Positions 24,446-36,224 of a DNA stretch of 64,000 nt are shown piece after piece. Every line of letters starts with the position of its first letter. Position 1 is the stretch's first letter. The notes below the pieces were generated by a model. That model saw only the letters and a list, made by a program, of their open reading frames with translations. It did no database searches and was not told the origin of the DNA. This DNA is from Mobula hypostoma (taxonomy: Eukaryota). The position numbers were made by a program, and so were the translations under genes. The stretch spans positions 85,996,001 through 86,060,000 of the forward strand of contig NC_086108.1 in the NCBI RefSeq assembly GCF_963921235.1, read 5' to 3'.

Positions 24446-26515
24446 CTTCCTTGTTCTTCAGAGAACCATGAATATGCATGACCAAAAATTAATAAATATT
24501 CACTGAAAAGACCTATTTTGAAATGGTTAACCCTGGTATAGTTGGATCTGTGGACATTATAAGTAGAGATTAATTAGTCCATTGACTACTGCTGTAAGAG
24601 CTGTTTGTATAGACTTACAAATGTGAAAACAGAAAATTCTTTTGAATAAGAAAAATTTAAAGTGGTGTAATCCAGTTAGACAGTCACTTCTGTTATTTCC
24701 ACAATAGCCAAGAGCTTATAAGCCCACCTATGAAAAGAAAATACCTATCAATCCATCTGAAACTTATTTTTAATAGGGTCAGTCAACACTAGCATAATAA
24801 TGCAGTGTACCACAAAACAAACTATAGTCTGGCTCTGGAATTCATTGTATCACCTTACATTCATGAAGCTAGATTGTTGCCAGCTCTGGTTTACACACTC
24901 TTGTGCTTTAATCACCTCTCAGTTCCTGTATTCCAAAAGACAGCATTTTGCGGTGATGATTATTAGCACAGCCGCAGAAAAAGGAAGAATCAAAGTCACC
25001 AGACACGGCACAGAATTGGCAACTTATAAGCATTACAGAGGCATCACAATGATTGAACTAGAACATTAACAAAATTCCATTCTCTTTCAACATGGCATTA
25101 GCCACATCCAGTGTGCTAGTTGCTAATTAAAGATAAAAATTCAGTATATGCAGTCTCAAAATTCTTTGTCTTGTCAAAAGATGAAAACTGAAATTTTTAG
25201 TTGCACAATATAAATTAATTAATTTGCAACCTTAGGAGATCCCTGTTTGCAATGATGAAGCACTTAATCTCCTAAAGGAAAGACCTTTGAGGTCTCAAAG
25301 TTGATCTTTTGAAAAGTCTCACCTTTTTGCTATCTGTGCTGAACATATGGTAAGCAATAACTAAAGCCAGTAAACACACACAGTTGAATATCTTTTAAAG
25401 TTCTGCTTCCCTCTGTAACAAAATATTCTGTGTCATTGTGAAATTGTCTAACTGTACTTTCCTGAATAGAACAGTGTCTTAATTCAATTAATATTTGAGG
25501 ACAAGAGAAAGGCAAATGCACAAACAATGGTTCACAGGAGTTGGAAATTAAATGTTTGATTGTATCATATAATTGCAGAAAGAAACCCCTGACGACTGTA
25601 AACTAATATAATTTGAATCCTATTGGCACATTAAGAAAGGAGAAATTATATGTAATGCATTGGCATAACTGGCTTTGTAATAAAAACGTGATTTTAAAAT
25701 GAACTAATCCTTTTAGAACACCACTTGTGCAAAATTATTTTGGAAATCTATTTTCAGCATTTAATCAGACCATTTATTGGGACAAAAATTAGCCTTATTA
25801 TAAAGTCACTTTTTGCTCCTTTGGTAAGTCCCCATTAGGATTGTTATGATCATATTCAGTGCACCGACAGATTGTAGGGTGAGCTGGCAGATTCTCATGT
25901 TGGCATGCTGTAAGTGAATTCTAGTGACATGTTGAAGGGTTTATGGTTAGCACTGTTGTTTGAGCATTCCCTGCAAATGGGTAAAATGTTGCCAGGTTTG
26001 CGGTCTACAATCATTGTGATTTTTAACGGTTTCTCATCTTTGGTGCTATCAGTCATAGCCTCCCTCATTGAAATGAGTATTCATAGAATGGAACAGCGTG
26101 GTAAGGGGCTATTTGATCTACACATTGAAAGAGACAGCCAATTAATCCCACTGCCCTGCAAACTTCTGCATTTAAGCAGAAGTTCAATTCTCTTTTGTAA
26201 ATTTACAACCAGTAGTATAATAACTCGAGTGAAGTGTGATGAACTGCAAAGGGTTTGTCAATTGGCAGGTGCTCAGGTGGTCATAGAGATTAATCCAGGA
26301 TCCATATAACTAGTGTAACCCTTAGGTTCAGCTAGCAACTTAATCTCGGGGAAGACATCCTCCAGCCTGGCCAAACTTGAGAAATCTTGTTTGGGTGGAT
26401 ACTGCATGATGTGTTTCCCTGTTACAAATTATTACCACGAAATAACAAACAGTACACAATATGCAATTAAATGATTGAGCTTTATAGTTATTAATTTGAG
26501 TATAGATTAGTAAAG

Positions 26516-26759
26516 GAAAGGTACGTCGCATCCGGAGTTTCTCCGGTTAGCGGACGATTTCCCTCCATGCCTCTCTGACGTAGTGGGGAACCGCGTACGA
26601 GGCAAGTTATAACAGTGGTTTGCCATTGCCTTCTGCCGGGTGAGTTTCCAAAGATATCACCAGCTCGATGGAAAGCATGCAGGGGAGCCAGCTGGATTCG
26701 AACTTGGGATCTTTCGTCCCGAAGTGCGACGCTGATGTCACTACGCCACCTGCTGGGTC
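26516..26759 (-). mobile_element. tRNA-derived SINE inserted in the 3' LTR
   Basis: A box TGGCGTAGTG, B box GTTCGAATC on the minus strand; 'gaaggcaatggcaaaccactg' RTE-type tail; 14-bp TSD ATAGATTAGTAAAG (26502-26515 / 26760-26773); absent from the other LTR. Confidence 0.9.
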
Positions 26760-27379
26760 ATAGATTAGTAAAGAAACAAAAAATAGTAAAAGGGCCCAGT
26801 CACATGAAGCAGTCAAGTGCACACATTGGAGCTCACGGTTCCGTCCATTCATTCCCCATTTACGGACCCTCGGACCCTCACTCCAAATCCACTCCATCCA
26901 GTGGTCTACCAATTCTCTCCCCTTGCACCCTCCTTCTCTCTTCATCTCTCACCGACAAAAGCCCACCAAAATCCCTTCTTTCAGACCCACAAGAAAGAAC
27001 AACATGCCTCTCATTGGATGGCACACAATGCAAAGCCCCCATTATCTCTAGTCATAACCCAAACATTGCTGCTACAGAGAAAACATTATATTAGGTGTGA
27101 AACATTACAGAAAGGCCATTACAGTTGCAGTGAAACCTTACAGTGCATTGCATTCTCCCCCCACCAAATTTAGTCATGTCATCATGATGTTGAGATAATT
27201 CACCAACCCTTCCTGCAAAACACAAAGTCCAAACCAGGTGTAAAAGGCAGTGACATAACTCCCCAAAATGGTGGGGGTCACACTCTGGTCCCCCAGTGCT
27301 ACATAGTCCAGCCTATCTGGTGGTCTCCTAATTCTCTGAGACCTCTGTTCCCCCTCGCCTAACTCTTCAGGTTCAAACA

Positions 27380-30300
27380 CTACTGGGGATACTTCAGGTA
27401 TACCTGGTGAGGCCTCCCCTGGCCTGTCACTCGTGCCCTCCCACAGCTCGGACCCCTCTGTCCCGTGGCCAAGCCCCGCTTCCAACCCTGCAGTCCCACT
27501 GCAACCCAGGCTGCCCAGATAGCCCCCGCCCCCCCAGTCTCTTCCTCAGTCAATGGGGAGTTAGCAAAAAGCAGTATATACCGCACATCCAGGTCCTCAT
27601 CCTCTGAATCAGTTTCCCTCTCAGGGGTGGGGGCCAGCTTAACCTCTCCTGCATTTGGCCCTGCAGTCGCCCCGCATTTCTGCGAAGTCCTCTTACTAGG
27701 TGTAGGCTCCAGGTTGGGATCTGGGTCTGCCTGCACCTCTTGTCCCAGGGGCAGCAGGTGGTTCTGATGGAGAATCTCGACAGGCCCATTCCCATCTTCT
27801 GGTTTCACCTGGAAAACTGGTAGGGTTGGCATCTGACTCTCCACCTCACAGGGCATAGCTGCCCAGTGGTCAGCCAACTAATGGGGATCTGGTAATATCC
27901 ACTCCTCATGTCCTCAAGTGCACTGATCCACTTCACACCACTCAGACAGGCCAGCGCGTCTTTGATCCTTGGGACTATATATTGGTCAGGGACAGTATGC
28001 CTGTTCAGAGTCCTATAGTCCACACACCTGAACCTTCCGCTACTACTGGGAACGCATAGAAGCTTTGGGACTCGGTGATGATCCCAGCTTCCTTCAACTT
28101 ACACAAATGCTGCCGAATGTCTTCCATCTCTGCAGGGGCCAGTCACCACGACCTCTCTCTGAACGGGGTGTCATCGGTCACTCGGATAGTGTGAGGAGTG
28201 CTCTTGGAACAACCCACATCAAACTCATCAGTAGAAAAGACACCTTCCAGCTTCAACATCTTCTCTACCAATTTCCTCTTCCAACCCGCAGGAACCGGGG
28301 AGTCCCGGAAGTTGAATGACTCAGCGGTCAACTTACCCCCTTTTTTCAATAGTTTCTCCCCGGCGTGTCTCACAGGGACACTAGACATTACCGTCACCGG
28401 GAACAGGTGCGCCAGGGGCATCCCCTGCTTGAAGGTGACCTCCCTCTTCGTAGTGTTCCTGACAATCACTGCCATCCTGCTCACCTGTACAACTGACGGC
28501 TTCTGCAATTCGGGCCGCGCCAGTACCCCAGTAGGAAACCCTGACTCCCACTCATGATTTTTCGGAGTGTTCACTAAGAAGGCCTTGCTCTTAGGCACTC
28601 CAGGAAATTCGGGGGTCCCCATCACTCTTGCTACTTCCCTGGGCCGTACCACCATTGGCTTCGACTGGGTGAACCACACAGTCACACGTCTAAATTCGGT
28701 TTCCGGCCCAATGCAGCCACACACTTCCTCAAAAGCAACTTGAAACACCGGATGCACAGACAATGTTCCCAGAAAGCTTTCTCCAGCCTTCGCCTTTCAG
28801 GCTCCCATGAGCCTCCTCACAAGAGGGGTGTTGGTCCCCACCAGAATTGAAGCGCTGCCCTTCTCAACGGGGTCTGGACAAACCAGCACTAATGTATCCG
28901 ACACTCCGAGGACTCTAGCTTCACTGACAAATAACCGTTGTACAGATAATCATTGGCACTGAGACCTCAGATCTCCAGTGCCCTGAATGGGGTCAATGGT
29001 AAATGCTTCAGATACAGGTTGTAAAACAAATGGTACAACGACATGACTTGCGATCCGGTGTCGAGTATGGCTTTAGCATAAATACCCTCTATCCATAGCG
29101 ACACACTGGAGCATGGCCCCACTAAGCCTTCAGGAATAGGGCCTTTCGCTTTCAGGGGTTGCTTGGTACATTGCTGGAAACGTGTTTCCCCAGAGATATC
29201 AGGCCGTTCCCTCATTGGGTCTCCTCTAAGTTTTCCCAATGACTCTCTCCACTTCTTTACCCAGAGACTCACTTTCCTTTTCACGTGAAACTTGCTGCCA
29301 GCAGCCCTCCACATTGTTCGTCCCCTTAGGGGATCTACCCCACATCAGCTCCATCATTTGGGGGTATGGGGTCACACCTGCTGATAACAGCGGAGACATC
29401 TCAGTTCTCAACTGCGCCACAATCTCCTTTACTACTCCCCGGGATAGGCTATCGGTGGTCACTTCACTGCAGGGGACCATTACCGAGGACTGTACCCTGC
29501 TGATGGAGGCCTCCTGTGCCTCTGGCGCATTCTCCTCCTCTCGTACCGCTTTGATCAGCTCAACAAAAGAGGGAGGGGAGTGTATCTTACGAGAGTGTCG
29601 GAGACCCTAAGCGATCAGGTCCTGGGACTGGGCATCCCTGGCTACCTGGTCCATTCTTAACTGATACACTTCAGCTACCTGAATGACCCCTCTGAGCAGC
29701 AAGCAATTTAGCTGCCTCTCTACCCGAAAAATTGAAGCAGAAAGCTTCTTCCCCTTCTCCTGACACATGTCCTGAAACCCCACCATTGGCTCCACTGGGG
29801 TTCCTGGGGTACCAAAAGTATTCCCCAATGCTTGCATGTAATCATTTACAGTTGCTAGGGGATACCGCAACCTGACAGCTCTCACAATGTCAGCAGCCTG
29901 CCCACTCCAACTCTCAACCAATCCCCATCGCTTTACATCATCAGAGCACTGCCATTCATCCAACAACTGAGAGGTTTGCTCCGCCCAAGTCTCACACTCG
30001 TCTTCCCCTTTAGGAGTGAGCGTTATTTCTGAGAATAGGTGGAGCCTACCATAGCAGAGACTTTGAACCTGGGCACTTTTCCGTTCATTTGCCAGAGAGG
30101 CAAGGGCAGATACTAACTCAGAATTCTCACTCTTCACCGGGGGACGGGGACTAATTAGACATTCCAAATCTGACCACTCCTTCCCCTCACTCCTCAGAAA
30201 ACTTTCTTTGAAATCTCTGCCCCCAGCTACGGGAAACTCGACCTGTGATTCGGCCCGCTCCGCCACCGCTACGTCAGCGCTTGTCTGCAGTAAAACAAGA

Positions 30301-30400
30301 GCTGAGCCCGCCCACAATCACAACTTTAGCAGTACTTAATAGGCGAATTAACAATTCATCCAGAGTACAAATATCTACCCCACTGGATCAATCCCAGAAC
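27380..30400 (-). pseudogene. PNMA-like gag, protease, linker domain, truncated RT fused to integrase C-terminus
   Basis: ORFs 29607-30317, 28967-29314, 28143-28763, 27805-28023, 27380-27877. Confidence 0.85.
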
Positions 30401-30904
30401 AATACCCCTACAATTGTAAACCTCAAGTTCAGTTAGCAGTTTAATCTTGTGGAAGACAGTCTCCGGCTGACAAATCAGTACCATGAAGTAACAAACAGTA
30501 CTCATTATGCAATTAAACGATTGAGCTTTATAATTGTTAATTTGACTATAGGTTAATAAAGAAATAAAAAAGAAAAAGGGCCAAGTCATATAATGCGTGT
30601 GTTGGATCTCATTGTTCCATCCATTTGCTCCCCATCGGCCTCCTCTGAGCATTGCGGACCGTCGCTCCAAGTCCACTTTGTCCGGCGGTCTACCAACTCT
30701 CTCCCCTCGCGTCTTCCCTCTTCATCTCTTGCTGACAAAAGACCGCTGAAACCCCTTCTCTCAGACCCACAAGGAAGAACAACATGCCTCTCATTGGATG
30801 GTACACATTCCAAAGACCCCATTATCTCTAGTCAAAACCCAAACATTGCTGCTACAGAGAAACCATTACGTTATCAGTGAAACCCTTACAGCACGTTACA
30901 CTTG

Positions 30905-31190
30905 GATGCTGGAGTGGATTCCCTTAATGGAGAACCCCTGTGCATGACTTTGTTTAACATGGAGAGGCTGATGCATGGGAAGCCACCACATGGTCCTTGG
31001 CAGACTGGGGTCAGTGCCCAGTAGTATGGAATGCATGATTACTGGGGACATTTCACAACTGGTTGGATTGCTCTTTTTCTGGAACCTCCGCCTTGACCTT
31101 AGCGCTAAGAGTGACCTTAGCGGGAGCTTAGTGCCAGATGGCTAAACTTCAGACAGCATCGCTCTTGGGTTGTCAGGAACTCACAAGCCA
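30905..31190 (-). mobile_element. Probable RTE-type LINE 5' fragment
   Basis: Resembles an RTE 5' region ('ggcttgtgagttcc..gacaacccaagagcgatgctg'); recognised by eye only. Confidence 0.35.
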
Positions 31191-31569
31191 TCATTTTGTC
31201 ACGAGAGGAAATGCTATCTCAGGCAGTGCTTTCCATGGACGTGTGAAAATGTCTCTTCATCTTGCCCACTGATTCTTTTACTTTATTTTGTGTCGGTTCG
31301 TTAGACAGTATGACCATCATGCATTCCCACAACATGGTCACTTTGTAAAGAAGGCATAAACTGAGCAATCTGATCATTGGTTGCAGGACTACAACAGCAA
31401 ATTAAATATCCTTGTAAATCCACATTGCAGTCCATTATATTTTTGGCAGGGAACCAATAGCTGATGTTTCTCAGATGATTTCACAAGAAAGGAAGCTGGG
31501 TTGATTGACTTAAAATTAATAGCCATCATTTTCAAAGGAACAGTTACAGAATGAAAAAGTGTAGAATAT

Positions 31570-32330
31570 TAGCTAAATTAAACATATTGCTGGCAGTGAG
31601 CAATGCTGTATCTTCTGCATAAAATTACAAAGAGACATTGATAGATTAAGTGAGTGGACTAAATGTTGACAGATGGATTTCAACATAAATAAGTCTGAAG
31701 CTGTCTAATTTGTACCAAAAAAAAAAAATAGGATAGTCATTATTCAAATAGCAAAATCTGTGAATCGTGGAGGTTCAAAGAGATCTAGATGTCCAGGTGC
31801 ATAGGAAGTAAAGGTGCAATTATCAGGTACCAAAACATCAAATAAACATCAAATGAGTAATGACTGTTACGGCTTTTCCAAATGGATTGACACAATATAC
31901 AGGGGGTGAAATTTTGCTACAGCAACACAAAGCTGTGGACTGACGTCAGCTCTAAACTTTTCCATAGATGCTGTCTGCTGTTCCTCCAGCATTTTGTATG
32001 TGTTGATTGGATTTCCAGTATATGCAGATTTTCTCTTTTTTGCTGTGGTTAACCCACATTTGGTGCTTGGTGCCTAGTTTCACATACTGCACCATAAAAA
32101 GAATGCAATGGTGTGGCAAGGAAATGACCTGAATTTTGTCAAAGCCCCTGGGTTAACTCATGCGAAGAAGTCACACAGATTAAGAGTTCCATCAGCTGCA
32201 GTATAAAATGATGTGGAGTGGCTTGACTGTGATTTTTAAGACTGAATGCAAGTGATAAATAACCTGGTGAGGAAGTTTAGAACAAGAGGACATAATTCTT
32301 GCTCTAGGTCAGTTGTTGGGAATCATGGGA
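31570..32330 (+). mobile_element. Very old CR1 RT fragment with a nested Penelope-like tail (31939-32041, TSD GCTGTGG)
   Basis: 'ttacaaagagacattgatagattaagtgagtgg' (LQRDIDRLSEW); the nested piece carries 'catagatgctg...ttcctccagcattttg'. Confidence 0.65.
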
Positions 32331-33684
32331 GAATGTTTGGCCAGCTGAAGCACAGCTAAATAGCTTAACCCCACTTTGCAACTCTTACATCATAGTCTTG
32401 TGAACTTTGGCTTGATTTCTAGAACTCCTTTACCAATAGTACAAGTGTAGTTGAATTTTTCAGAGCATGTCTTTGACACGTGCTTGAACAACAGATAAAG
32501 CAACAAAACTAGTTGTTATGGCAGATGGCACAGAATGTTGTAATGAATCAGACCCTCATATTCTTCTCCTTATCTTAGTTTCTCTAGCAAAAACATTCAA
32601 ACGTTAAAATCAGATACTGATGGACTTTTGCAAGATATTTTTTGAGTGCAGGCCAAGCAAGAAGTTAAGATATATCTTGATGCATGGACTAAAATTTCCT
32701 TTGCTAATGACAGCAGAAACAGAACACAGCTAGCTATTTCCTTTTTATATCATTTTGCTTGTCAAACATATATATTAAGAAGAGTGTGGTTAGGTGGTGA
32801 TCAATTTATTGGAGTAGTATGTGAAGGTTTGAGTTCCAATCCTATTGTGGAAGTATGGAATTTAAACCCAAATGAATAATTAAGCCTGAAATTAAATGTT
32901 TTCCTTGCATTACTACAAGCATCAATGAATTTACTGGTTTGTTATTTAATTGTTTGGCCAATGCATTTTGGACAATTAATTGTTTGAGCTATGCATATCA
33001 GAAAAGGAAATACATCGTCCTTGCTCCGTATCTGTCACAGTAAACCTCCTGAAATTACCTGGAAAGTCACCCAGGTATATCATAACTATTAAAACAGACA
33101 ATTGATAAAACTTAATGTGCCACCTCTCTGACTCAGGCACCTAATTCAAACATGGCCAAGTTGCTCCCAGGTCAGTCAACTTTGCAGTGGCATTTTCAAA
33201 GATATCTCTGCCCATGTCCTGTCCTACCAACATAGCAGACCAGCCAGAGGTATTGATGTATTGCTTGCATAGAATGGATCAGTCAGTCCTCAACATTGCT
33301 TCAAGATTTCATGGCATCAAGACAAACATGGGAGAATTGTCTAACCCGATAACCAAGCAGTCAAACACCTCTGTTGCATTAATAAAGCACCTTTTTAAAT
33401 GTATAAAACACGTCTGCATCAGTGTTATCTAGTATTTCCAAACAATGTTACATTAGGCTGTTACACATCTATTGTCAGAGAAGTACTTGCATAAATAGGT
33501 AAGCCACCTTCATACAAGCAAGGATAGAAAACAGGGCAAAGTGAGTATACTTATTTATTCAGTAAGCTATGGGTCAAAGTATTTGTGAGTACACTTCTAA
33601 CTGTTCTGGCTTCAGTCTTGTTGCTGTCTGTTCTGAAATTGTTAGGTTGTGTGGGGGGTTGCGTTCAAGAAAGCAGTGAAATAC

Positions 33685-33916
33685 CACACTGTCGCCATCT
33701 ATTCTGGCACGTCATGACAGCGTTTTTAAAAATATTCGTTCACCCCGTCCACAGTGCTCTGCACAATCGGTGTTTTCAAATTTACACACTCTGGAGGGCG
33801 GTTTAGAAAATCTCCATTTTCGGGGGAGGAAAACGCCATTTCAGTGTGGACAGAGGGTCAAAACGAAGAGAAAATGCTTTGGTTACGGATTTATCCGGTC
33901 TAGTGTAGATGTAGCC
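33685..33916. mobile_element. PIF/Harbinger-like MITE half
   Basis: Right terminus 'agtgtagatgtagcc' (reverse complement GGCTACATCTACACT) with internal gtccacac/gtgtggac subterminal repeats; left TIR not found. Confidence 0.55.
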
Positions 33917-35688
33917 AAAGCATTATATCTCAATGCATAGAATACTGTATTAGAAATAATGATCTTATTGCACTTTTACAGATTGTCAAGTATGATGTTG
34001 TGGTTATCACTGAATCATGGCTGAAGGGTGGTTGTAGTTCAGAGCTGAATGTCCAAGGTTACAAGTTGTATTGGAGGGAGAGGAAAGTCGACAGAGGGGG
34101 TGGTGTGACTCTGCTGGTAAAGAGTGGCATCAAATCATTAAAAAGATGTGACAGAGGATTGGAAGATGTTGAATCCTTGTGGGTTGAGTTAAGGTGCTCA
34201 AAAAGCTAAAAGACCTAAAGGTAAATAAGTCACCCAGACCAGATGAACTGTACCCTATGGTTCTGAAAGAGGTAATGGTAGAGATTGAGGAGGAATTAGA
34301 AATGATCTTTCAAAAATCATTGGACTCTGGCATGGTGCCAGAGGACTGGAAAATTCCAAATGTCTTTAAGAAAGGAGGGAGGCAGCAGAAAGGAAATTAT
34401 AGACCAGTTTGGAAGATGTTGGAGTCAATTTTTAATTGCGTACTTGGTGACACAAAACAAGATAGGACAAAGTCAGCATGGTTTCCTTAAGGGAAAATCT
34501 TGCCTGACAAACCTGTTGGAATTCTTTGAGGAGATTACACATAGGATAGATAAAGGGGATGCAGAGGATGTTGTATATTTGGACTTTCAGAAGGCCCTTG
34601 ATAAGGTGCCACACATGAGGCTGTTTACCAAGTTAAGAGCCCATTACAGGAAAATTACTGGCATGGTAAGAATATTGGCTGATTGGTAGGAGGAAGCGAG
34701 TGGGAATAAAAGGATCATTTTTTGGTTGGCCGCCAGTAACTGGTGGTGTTCTGCAGGGGTCAGTGTTGGGACTGCTTCTCTTTACACTGTGTATCAATGA
34801 CTCGATGGTGGAATAGGTGGCTTTGTTGCCAAGTTTGCAGATAGTACAAAGGTTAGCGGAGGAGCAGGTGGTATTGAGGAAACAGGCAGGCTGCAGATGA
34901 ACTTAGATTAGGAGAATGGGCAAGGGAGTAGCAAATGAAATACAATGTTGGAAAAAGCATGGCAATGCACTTTCATGCAGACTATTATCTAAAAGGGAAT
35001 AACTTGGGAGTCCTTATGCAGAAAGGTTAACTTGCAGGTAGAGTCGGTGGTGAGGAATTCAAATGCATTGTTAGCATTAATTTCAAAAGGTCTTGAACAC
35101 AAGAGCAGGGATGTGATACTGAGGCACTGGTGAGCCCTCACCTTGAGTATTGTGAACAGTTTTGGGTGCCTCATCAAAGAAAAGATGTGCTGGCATTTGA
35201 GAATGTTCAGAGGAAGTTCACAAGGAAGATTCTGGGAATGAAAGGGTTATCATAAGAGGAACATTTGATGGCTCTGGGTCTGTACTCACTGGAAATTAGA
35301 AATATGAGGGGAGGATCTCATTGAAATCTATTGAATGTTGAAAGGCGTTGACAGTGTAGATGTGGAAAAGATTTTTTCCATGGTAAGGGAGTCTAGGACA
35401 AGAGGACACAGCCTCAGGATAAAGGGGCGTCCATTTAAAATAGAGATATGGAGAAATTTCTTTAGCCAGAGGGCGGTAAACTTGTGGAATTTATTACAAC
35501 AGGCAGCTGTCGAGGCTAGGCCATTGGGTGTATTAAAGTAGTTCTTGACTGGACAGGGCATCAAAGGTTACAGGGCGAAGGCTAGGACATGGGGCTGAGG
35601 AAGGGAAAAAAGGATCAGCCATGATTAAATGGCTGGGCAGACTTGATGGGCCAAATGGCCTATTCTGCTCCTATGTCTTATGGTCTTA
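33917..35688 (+). mobile_element. Internally deleted CR1 (APE start joined to RT, intact 3' tail)
   Basis: VITESWLK..LWVELR jumps at ~34193 to LKKLKDLKVNKSP; GKSCLTNLLEFFE, YLDFQKA; tail 'ctcctatgtcttatggtctta'. Confidence 0.9.
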
Positions 35689-35748
35689 TCCTTCACCTCA
35701 TTGGCCAAGATCTGCCACAGGGAATCCCAACCATGTATAGAATGGACA

Positions 35749-35848
35749 TGTCCTGATGAAGGGTCTCGGCCTGAAACGTCGACTGCACCTCTTCCTATAG
35801 ATGCTGCTTGGCCTGCTGCGTTCACCAGCAACTTTGATGTATGTTGTT
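35749..35848 (+). mobile_element. 100-bp Penelope-like mini-retroposon carrying a hammerhead motif
   Basis: Perfect 13-bp TSD TATAGAATGGACA (35736-35748 / 35849-35861); near-identical second copy at ~36117-36224. Confidence 0.85.
35750..35783 (+). ncRNA. Minimal type I hammerhead ribozyme motif
   Basis: GUC-CUGAUGA-A-GGGUcucgGCCU-GAAAC-GUC-GAC: conserved CUGANGA and GAAA boxes, stem I GUC/GAC, stem II, palindromic ACGU stem III, predicted cleavage after C35780. Confidence 0.65.
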
Positions 35849-36116
35849 TATAGAATGGACAACAGGCTTTTCAATCTCAACCAGTTCAAGGTCAAGAACA
35901 ATATCAGCACTACCATATCCTGGAGCTTCGGTACACAGATGACAACGCCATTGCAGCACGTTCTGAAGAAGACCTCCAATGTATCCTGAATGCCTTTGCC
36001 AAGGCATATAGAGTCTTGTTTTGAATATTAGAAAAAGATACAGGTCTTATATTTGACAGCACCCAACTAGCCATTTATCTGGCCATCCATATAAGTTGAT
36101 GATATTGTCCTTGAAA

Positions 36117-36224
36117 ACCCTTCGTTAGTCCTGACAAAAGGTCTCGGCCTGAAACGTCGACTGTACCTCTTCCTAGAGATGCTACCTGGCCTGCTGTGTT
36201 CACTAGCAACTTTGATGTGTGTTG
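36117..36224 (+). mobile_element. Second hammerhead-motif mini-retroposon; core mutated to CUGACAA
   Basis: agtc-ctgacaaaaggtctcggcct-gaaac-gtc-gact; downstream sequence nearly identical to 35784-35846. Confidence 0.8.

Larger units (their letters stand above)
26314..30900 (-). mobile_element. Internally deleted Gypsy LTR retrotransposon with PNMA-like gag
   Basis: LTRs 26314-27152 and 30415-30900 (TGTAAC...GTTACA), TSD CTAG/CTTG, PPT 27153-27165; gag 29607-30317 (LHLFSE..KGEDECETWAEQTSQLLDEW), PR AILDTGSQV, RT start DYRTLN..DMRSGYYQIP, integrase C-terminus (HQNHLLP). Confidence 0.92.

Noticed and set aside
25914..26309. 131-aa plus-strand ORF (also 11147-11512)
   Set aside because: Non-ATG start, no recognisable domain or exon structure.
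26690..26759. tRNA-like sequence (also at 42820-42890 and 44520-44590)
   Set aside because: SINE heads with A/B boxes but no full cloverleaf; not tRNA genes.
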